DNA of 64,000 bases from assembly GCA_963796965.1 (NCBI GenBank), contig CAWCNS010000008.1:192001-256000 (forward strand), written 5' to 3'. The number at the start of each line of letters is the position of its first letter. The first letter of the stretch is position 1. Positions 57,140 to 64,000 of this stretch are shown here, in pieces. The DNA is from Calditrichia bacterium (lineage in GTDB: Bacteria > Calditrichota > Calditrichia > JAJRVZ01). A program made the position numbers and the translations under genes. The notes beneath the pieces were generated by a model. That model was given only the letters and a program-made list of their open reading frames with translations, searched no databases and had not been told where the DNA came from.

Positions 57140-57844
57140 TCAGGCATCATTGGTCATAAAGAATTCACTTGCAATTTCTTCCCAATTATCCGGTGCAAGC
57201 TCCTTTACGAAGCCATTGGTTATAGTACCACCATCTTGTAAAACCACTCCATAATTGCCACTTACAGCCCGGCTTAGTTTATCCACTGTATCCTCGATCC
57301 ACAATTTGGCAATATTTCCATGTAGCAGGTTTTTGAGATTTCTATTCAAATGATTTGATTTGACCTTAAGTAACCATCCATTTTCGTACGGTGCCCGGTT
57401 AATTATATCCGGAGACGCGATTGCCGCATCATTTATTTCAACAACTTCACCATCAACCGGAGACAGAAATGAGACCTCTTTACCATCAATATTTAATTTC
57501 ACACTTTTTTCACCCTGTTGTAACTGTGTCCCGACTGCAGGTAAATCTACTTTGGCAGGTCTACCAACTAATTTCTGGGCAAAATCATCTATTCCAACAC
57601 GTACCATACCCTTCCCTTCAGGTTTAAGCCAGGTATGTCCCTGATGATAGTAATAATCATTGGCAAGCCTAAACCAATCCACAAGAGAGATTCGTTCTTG
57701 CGACATGCCCTTGGATGATGATACAGCGACTGTGGGTTTATTCAACCAGCGCCAGAAAAATATTAAAAGGACTAAAAATGCAATTGCTACCAGGTATTCA
57801 ATTCCCTTGGTCGCAAATATATCTACATACTTGAAACCTTCCAT
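57140..57844 (-). CDS. Membrane-anchored glycine cleavage H-like protein
   Basis: N-terminal TM; YYHQGHTW, VRVGIDDFA, SPVDGEV, PYENGWL. Confidence 0.8.
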   Translation of the reverse strand: MEGFKYVDIFATKGIEYLVAIAFLVLLIFFWRWLNKPTVAVSSSKGMSQERISLVDWFRLANDYYYHQGHTWLKPEGKGMVRVGIDDFAQKLVGRPAKVDLPAVGTQLQQGEKSVKLNIDGKEVSFLSPVDGEVVEINDAAIASPDIINRAPYENGWLLKVKSNHLNRNLKNLLHGNIAKLWIEDTVDKLSRAVSGNYGVVLQDGGTITNGFVKELAPDNWEEIASEFFMTNDA

Positions 57845-57875
57845 TCTTCAATCTCCTCTTATTTTTATTATTTTT

Positions 57876-59158
57876 ATCGTTTTCTTTTAGCAGAAATATC
57901 TTGCGAATTGAGATTATCCTTCTTTTCCTCTCGGCCCAAAGCGGTGGGTCACTAAGAATCGGCATTCGACTAACAATCCATCGTAATACTAGTCAACTCG
58001 ACGCAAATAACTGTAAGGGTTACCCAAATTTCCATCCAGGTGGGTATATATCTCTCTGCCACTTGCCAGTTATAATGCAATTACGGAAGTATTTAAACGG
58101 TTTAACAAGAATCCCCACAAGCGTCAGAAAGGGCGCCAGTTTTACCACTGCCACATTTTTATATTTTACAGCATGGGTATACAGGCGAAAAGGAATAAGA
58201 ACAAACCCTATTATTTCAACCAGAAACCAATATCCCCATGCTGTATTCAGATATGCCCAGTTATGCTCATGGATAAATACCAGAACTTTTAAAAAGAAGT
58301 AAACAAACATCGCACCTGCACAGATTTTAGCCAGGCCCAGGACGATATCATCATGGGATTTTTCAACTTCATCACTCAGACGATTTTTAAATACTTTGTG
58401 ACTGATACTCCCTTCAAAGATGACCAAAGACAATCCGGCAAAAATGCTTGAGACAAAAAACAAGAATCGGTATAAATTCAGAATACCAGAGAGGATGAAT
58501 TTTACTCTTGGCCATTAAGAATAACGCTCCTAAACCCGACTGGTGCAGGGTGGAAAGTGTGATACCAAATATCACCGCCGGCAAGGTTAAGGACACCAGA
58601 ATTTTACGTACTCTTTTCCAGCCAAGCCACTCCGCCACAGCCGGGGAGAACTCAATAAACTCTGCCATCATATACAACATAAAATGCCAGGCGACTAAAA
58701 ACATCACCGAACTGACGCCAAATGAATTCCCGATAATCGGATTAATCACATTCCATGGGTCGACCCAGATCCAGCAATAAGGCTCCGGCATAAAAGACAT
58801 AAGCGAGAAACCCATTAAGTACAGTAATTCTGACGATAGCATGGTATTTTTTTAGACTTAAGAATATATACCATAAATGTGAGTACATAGGCACCACCAG
58901 CAAAAGCCACACCGGTAACAACATCAAAGCCTATCCAGATTCCCCAGGGAAACTCCTGATTTAAATTAGTAATCGAGCTCAAGCCAAATGCAAAACGAAT
59001 TACAATCAAGCACAACACCCACGGCAATAATGATTGACGCAATGACATTAAATGGTGTTATTAGTTTTCCCTTTAGGTTTTAATTCGTTAAGGAAAAATT
59101 TAAAGAATCGTTTAAATTCACTCTGTAATAATGCTGCTGATCCTGTTCCATTTGCCAT
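57876..59158 (-). CDS. NrfD/HybB/HmcC-family membrane subunit, several frameshifts; 3' end approximate
   Basis: TNLNQEFPWGIWIGFDV..GVA.AGG, LLLDLGRP, LSTLHQSGLG, HPLWYS across fragments. Confidence 0.75.
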
Positions 59159-59159
59159 A

Positions 59160-60018
59160 TCACACCTCCCTCTCTTCATTTTCATCGTCACTCTTAGTCG
59201 CTTTATTCACTGCCAGTAGAAAAGCGGGCCAGAATGTCAGGACAACAGGAACACTATAGAGAAAAGTTTTGGTGTATTCGGGATAAGGGGTTGATCCAAG
59301 ATCAGTTCTGAATACCTAATTTTTCAAACGGCATAGCAGATAGATACATATATCCTGATCCACCGACCTCATGCTCACCATATATTTCATGTACATAATC
59401 ATCCGGATTTTCGTAGATCCGGGTACTTGCTTCATCAATTAACTCTCTGCGTTTACCAAAGACAATCGCTTCTTCCGGACATTTTCAACACAGGCGGGAT
59501 CTTCACCCTCCTGCAGCCTGGTCAAAACACATCTGGCATTTTTGAATCTTAGGATTTGGACTGTCATATTCAAATTTTGGAATTTCAAAGGGGCAGGAGA
59601 TCATACAGAAGCGGCATCCCATACACTTATCTGCGCGCCATATTACCGGGCCTTCTTCCGTCTTTAACAAAGCTTTTGTGGGACAAGCTGTCGCACAGGC
59701 AGGTTGATTGCAATGCATACATTGTTTTTTAACAAATATTTCTTCATCTTCAACTTCAAAACTGTTGACCAAGGTCCATTGTTTATCTGAGGTCTTTCTA
59801 ATGACATCTTCATCAATAGCATCCAGATCGGGCTCCGGAAGATTATTCGCTTCGGCACAAGCCTCAGTACAGGATTGACAACCGACACAGCGTGTGGTAT
59901 CAACAAGAATACCCATAAATTCTTTCTCATCACCCATAGTCTCTGCTTGCAATGACTTTCCCGGAAGCGTTGAGGCGCCCATCACGCCCAATGTTTTCAT
60001 AAAACTTCTTCTATCCAT
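59160..60018 (-). CDS. Tat-exported 4Fe-4S ferredoxin-type subunit (HybA/HmcB-like), frameshifted near 59510 and 59320
   Basis: MDRRSFMK; DTTRCVGCQSC, CMHC..PAC..ACP, CMGCRFC..SCP, KCQMC; continues ACVE.CP, YGEHEVGG in another frame. Confidence 0.82.
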
Positions 60019-60054
60019 ACGAGAATCCTTTCGTTTATCTTTCTCAATCCTTTT

Positions 60055-60135
60055 TCATTTTCTGTTATGATTCAATTTCAATGCGTCAATGCAAATAAGG
60101 ACACATAACATTCCTAGTAAAATGATCATCACCAT
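60055..60135 (-). CDS. Putative 26-aa membrane peptide
   Basis: MVMIILLGMLCVLICIDALKLNHNRK preceded by a GAGG-type RBS; below the ORF-track cutoff. Confidence 0.45.
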   Translation of the reverse strand: MVMIILLGMLCVLICIDALKLNHNRK

Positions 60136-60159
60136 ATTGCACCTCTTCCATTTTGGGTC

Positions 60160-60831
60160 TTATTGATAGGGGAAAAACTTGTTGCACAATTCGCCCCATT
60201 CATCTTCTCCCATTTGATCGATATAACTTGGATCAATAGCGCCACCATCATTAAGGTAATGTTCCTGCTGGGCGGAAAGATATAAATCATCCCTTAGAGC
60301 CGTATTCATCATATTAGCCTGGGTAGGTTTCATCAGATTATGTGAATCCTTTTCAAGATTATCCGTTTTCATTTTAATTACCCAGGATTTCTCGACATCG
60401 TTGGTAGTGAGTGGAATATTTAATTTACAAGCCGGATTTATGTCCACCACCTTTCCTGATACGGGAGACAATTGATGTACTTTACGATTTGTCAAACCTA
60501 CATCCCATACTTTTGTACCCTGAGGTACATGGGTACCAACAAGGGGAAGATCCTCCATTTTAATCTCCGATGAAAAAAGTGTAGAGACAAAATCATCAAA
60601 TCCAATATAAACTGTATCACCTTCTGCCGGCTGCACCCAGGTGTGGCTGAGGTGATATAATTTCTTACTCCCATTTGTTAATGGCAGCAAGGCTTTTTCC
60701 GGGCTTAGAAATATGGGAGATTTCTTTTCCTGACCGATTGCTTTTATTTTTCTGTCTTCTCTGCGAAGCACATAATCAATGGTCAGGAGAATACCCACTG
60801 TTAAAAGAACCAATACAAAGACCATCATCAT
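60160..60831 (-). CDS. Membrane-anchored glycine cleavage H-like protein
   Basis: N-terminal TM; YHLSHTW, IGFDDF, SPVSGKV. Confidence 0.75.
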   Translation of the reverse strand: MMMVFVLVLLTVGILLTIDYVLRREDRKIKAIGQEKKSPIFLSPEKALLPLTNGSKKLYHLSHTWVQPAEGDTVYIGFDDFVSTLFSSEIKMEDLPLVGTHVPQGTKVWDVGLTNRKVHQLSPVSGKVVDINPACKLNIPLTTNDVEKSWVIKMKTDNLEKDSHNLMKPTQANMMNTALRDDLYLSAQQEHYLNDGGAIDPSYIDQMGEDEWGELCNKFFPYQ

Positions 60832-60876
60832 TCTCCTTTCGTAATAAAAACTTTATTATACCTACAAACATCTACT

Positions 60877-60891
60877 CCAACTTTTATGCCA
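60877..60891 (-). promoter_or_regulatory. Possible sigma-54 promoter for the GcvH-like/HybAB-like operon
   Basis: TGGCAT-AAAAG-TTGG about 45 bp upstream of the ATG. Confidence 0.5.
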
Positions 60892-61362
60892 AAAAATACA
60901 ACAAGAAATAATATAGCGTCAAACTACTGTTATTATTTAGCTTAGGCACGTTCAATAAACAATTAAAACAACTGCCTATAGTGTTGTATTATGCAACGCA
61001 TTTTTCACCTACCTGTATAAGTTATTGTTTATTCACATCTTATATGTGTTGCCAATAATCACACACTATATATATATGCAACACTCTGTTTGTGATCCAT
61101 TGGGGTCAATCGTCAGGTCTCTCATGGAACAGAATGATGTTTTGGCAATTTCTCAGCATGAATTCACGAATTGAAGTGGTTATGATCAGAGATATGTATC
61201 GCGGTTAATCAAACGTGGAGATTGTATGTACTCTAAATTTCTAAGGATATAGTAGTGTAAGTCATCTTTTTAGGGTATGTAGGTTACAACGGGAAGGGTG
61301 GTAAAACAGATTTCTACAGGCCTCATCTAATTTCACTGTTTCACCACCCAGAGTGGATAAGG

Positions 61363-62532
61363 TTATTTGGTAAAGAATTTTTTTACTGTTGCATTCCACT
61401 CTTTATCAGTCAGTTTTTCAATTTTTCCAAAACAGAAACCATTTTGGCCGGCCAATTTTTTATCACGCTTTCTGTCTTCGGCAATTGAATCAAAATGTGT
61501 CTGAGAGAGACCAATTTCATCCTTAAAGAATAATACAGCTGATTTACCGATCTTTAATTCTTGAAGTTCCGAATTGATATCTTCTGATGTATCGATCATA
61601 CAGATCCAGTTTGTTTCATAGCAACTGATATCAAGACTTGACAAATCTTCATTCAATTTATTGTTTACTTTGATTATTTTTCCACTTATTGGCGCGTTAA
61701 ATGGGATCACTCTTTTCCCCTGCCTTAAACTTAACAGAGATTCACCTGATTTGATTTCACGCCCAATATTTGGTGGCTCAATTGAATCAATAGGGCCAAT
61801 CATTTTTTTGGCAAAATCATCAATTCCAATTTTGGCAGTTCCGTCCTCATTCAGGCTGACCCAACAATGGCCAGGACTTATAAAAACACCACCCGGAATA
61901 GAGAGTTCATCTATTTCGCGATGATCTACAAAATCAGATATTTGTGCCACATGGACTTTCGGTCCTAATTCACTCTTAATCCTATTTTTTCGTTTGATAA
62001 GACATTTTTTGGTGAAAATTAATAATTCATCCTCTGTGAACGGTTTTTGTACATAGTCCATCGCTCCATATCGCATTGTTGCTACTGCTGTTTCTACTGA
62101 GGCGTATCCGGTAATAATTATTACATCAATATCTGGACGAATTTCTTTGACCAACTGTGTTACTTCTACCCCATCCATTTCTGGCATTTTTATATCAACA
62201 TAAACAAAATCATAATGATTCAGGCGTATTAGATTCGCTACCTCCTTGCCCCTCTCAACCGTGTCTACAGAATATCCATCATATACAAGGATTTTGCGAA
62301 AGCTATCCAGTACAACCTGTTCATCATCAACACATAAAATGCGTGCTTTTGGATTATCAACTTCTACACGTTTTAGTGTTTTAGCCTGCTCGGAAAAATC
62401 AAGCATTAAACCTGCTTCTAACGCTGATTTGCGTTCTTCCCTATCTTTCCGCTCTTTTACCTTTTTTAGCATCATTCTTATCAATAAATCTGCAATAATA
62501 AATAATATAATTGCAATGATAACTATTTCCAT
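61363..62532 (-). CDS. TM-receiver-GcvH-like fusion protein
   Basis: N-terminal TM; ILCVDDE, DIKMP, ITGY, KPF; then GHCW, KIGIDDFA, APISG. Confidence 0.82.
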   Translation of the reverse strand: MEIVIIAIILFIIADLLIRMMLKKVKERKDREERKSALEAGLMLDFSEQAKTLKRVEVDNPKARILCVDDEQVVLDSFRKILVYDGYSVDTVERGKEVANLIRLNHYDFVYVDIKMPEMDGVEVTQLVKEIRPDIDVIIITGYASVETAVATMRYGAMDYVQKPFTEDELLIFTKKCLIKRKNRIKSELGPKVHVAQISDFVDHREIDELSIPGGVFISPGHCWVSLNEDGTAKIGIDDFAKKMIGPIDSIEPPNIGREIKSGESLLSLRQGKRVIPFNAPISGKIIKVNNKLNEDLSSLDISCYETNWICMIDTSEDINSELQELKIGKSAVLFFKDEIGLSQTHFDSIAEDRKRDKKLAGQNGFCFGKIEKLTDKEWNATVKKFFTK

Positions 62533-62712
62533 GAATGTTCTCCTAATTAGTTTACTGGAATTTCAATAATTAACCACAGAGTACCTCGGAGGAATGCGCT
62601 TTGCACTTTACGCTATGCCCCGCTATGCTCATTAATCTGTGGTTAACAAATAAAACAATAACATATATACTTCAAATGGATACTCTTTTAGAGTTTCATG
62701 CCTAGGGGCAGA

Positions 62713-63573
62713 TCATCCAAAAGTTGTGTCCATACGACAGGAAACAAGGCTCTCGATCTCATACGCATATTCTGTAGGTATGATTTTATATATCCAACCA
62801 CGGAAATAAGGATCCTTTTCCAAAATAGTATGATCCCTGAGAATATCTGGGTTCGTCTGTACGATTTTCCCAGACATCGGGGCGGTCGCTGAATGGCGTA
62901 CATCCTGATCTGAAATAATATCCATGCAATATGAACCCTGAAATATCTCTTCACCAACCTCCCTGAAGTTTATCTCTTTTACAGAACCGACCGTTTTTAA
63001 ATACAGATCTGTACAACCAACCAGAACAGCACCTCCGAACTCTTTCGACATCCATGTCGAATACCCCAATTTGAAGTATTTTGGCGGACATGGCACATAA
63101 ACAACAGAATCATCCCTCTTTTTTTCTGCCAACTGCCGTAACCGCACATAATTCATACCTCTAATGATAACACTCGAAAGCTCATCAGCCGTAAAAGGTT
63201 TTGGTATAAAATCAATCGCACCCTTGCTCAAAGACCTAACAGCATTTTCTAATGTTGAATAGCCAGAAGTAATAATGACCGGAATTTCAAGATCTTTTTT
63301 ATTTATAATATCAAGAAATGTAAAGCCATCTATTGTAGGTAGCATAAGGTCACAGAGAATCAACTGATAGTCGTTTTTTTCAATTCTATCCAAGGCGATA
63401 TCTGCATCAATCACTGTATCCACCCGGTATGATTCAGCTGTACAGATTCGACTAACCGCATCAAGTACAACCTGTTCATCATCAATAACAATGATATCAA
63501 ATTGTTTTTTCATAGAAGCCAAAAGTCCTTCGAAACCGTTTTTTAGTTTTCTTAATTCGGGATTCTCTGTCAT
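62713..63573 (-). CDS. Receiver-GcvH-like fusion protein
   Basis: VIDDE, DLMLP, SGY, PKPF; then APMSG..., DPYFRGWIYKI. Confidence 0.8.
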   Translation of the reverse strand: MTENPELRKLKNGFEGLLASMKKQFDIIVIDDEQVVLDAVSRICTAESYRVDTVIDADIALDRIEKNDYQLILCDLMLPTIDGFTFLDIINKKDLEIPVIITSGYSTLENAVRSLSKGAIDFIPKPFTADELSSVIIRGMNYVRLRQLAEKKRDDSVVYVPCPPKYFKLGYSTWMSKEFGGAVLVGCTDLYLKTVGSVKEINFREVGEEIFQGSYCMDIISDQDVRHSATAPMSGKIVQTNPDILRDHTILEKDPYFRGWIYKIIPTEYAYEIESLVSCRMDTTFG

Positions 63574-64000
63574 GCAGAAGATTCAACGGGCAATCTGAGT
63601 GTAAACACAGTACCCTGACCAAGTTTACTTTTTACAGAAATACCTCCGTTATGGTTATCTACCACACCCCAGATAATTGCCAATCCCAGGCCTGTACCAC
63701 GTTGACCCTTTGTCGTATAGAATGGTTCAAATATCTTATCCAACTCGCTCTGCTCGATACCACATCCCGTGTCTTCAAGAGAAGATTGCACATAAAGCGT
63801 ACTTCCTATCGAATCAATGAATTCCCACCTCTGCCACTTACAGTCCGCCACTGTGCACCCTTCTAGCATTCCCTTCAAGGGAATAATTATCGAATAAGCC
63901 GGTGATCCGCATTCGGGACATTTTATAGATTCATGCATAAGGGAGATATCACATTCAGGACAGGAGATATGCGTATTTTTATTATTTAACTGTATATGGC
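63570..64000 (-). CDS. Histidine kinase C-terminus (HATPase) with Cys-rich insertion; partial
   Basis: Frame open to the window edge; CPEC, CPEC, CTVADC then DTGCGI, FEPFYTTK, GTGLGL. Confidence 0.8.
   Translation of the reverse strand, partial: HIQLNNKNTHISCPECDISLMHESIKCPECGSPAYSIIIPLKGMLEGCTVADCKWQRWEFIDSIGSTLYVQSSLEDTGCGIEQSELDKIFEPFYTTKGQRGTGLGLAIIWGVVDNHNGGISVKSKLGQGTVFTLRLPVESSA

Noticed and set aside
60016..60057. TGA of the small peptide is in frame with the downstream Fe-S gene (possible second Sec readthrough)
   Set aside because: No hairpin after the TGA and no redox motif context; the downstream protein has its own N-terminal Tat signal; in-frame by chance one time in three.
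57140..63573. Glycine cleavage system
   Set aside because: Only H-like domains with TM or receiver fusions, no ESVK motif and no P/T/L proteins in the window.
385..63866. Numerous 60-150 aa antisense or overlapping ORFs in the track
   Set aside because: They are shadows of longer motif-bearing genes, except those used above as frameshift fragments.

Overview
AT-rich bacterial window. The 'YPNPFNP' C-terminal sorting domains suggest an FCB-superphylum lineage such as Calditrichota; this is inference only. 1-22.7 kb (all minus strand): glycan uptake/degradation genes, a TPR/GWxTD-like protein, a multidomain C10 cysteine protease, GH130, fucP, a UroD/MtaA-family protein and a membrane-anchored reductive-dehalogenase-like protein. 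23-32 kb: housekeeping block (tRNA-Ala, SRP RNA, dnaX with an A10 slippery site, ybaB, recR, PMM/PGM, suhB, prs). 32-64 kb: a sigma-54-controlled respiratory island with about 75-80 heme-binding motifs by manual count. It encodes a porin plus dodecaheme cytochrome, two CbcL-like multiheme-c/cytochrome-b fusions, an ImcH-like NapC/NirT protein, a nonaheme cytochrome with a T9SS-type CTD, heme-binding sensor kinases, a HybA/HybB-like pair and four GcvH-like domains. The top finding is that ORFs 42753-42959 and 41628-42743 are one reading frame interrupted by a single in-frame TGA (GEG-U-GGS) followed by a SECIS-like hairpin. This points to a selenocysteine-containing multiheme lipoprotein encoded next to a double-rhodanese lipoprotein, a candidate extracellular sulfur/polysulfide or selenium redox system. 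An IS1182 is inserted at the TTAA centre of a REP-like palindrome. Many genes carry single-base frameshifts that look like assembly errors.
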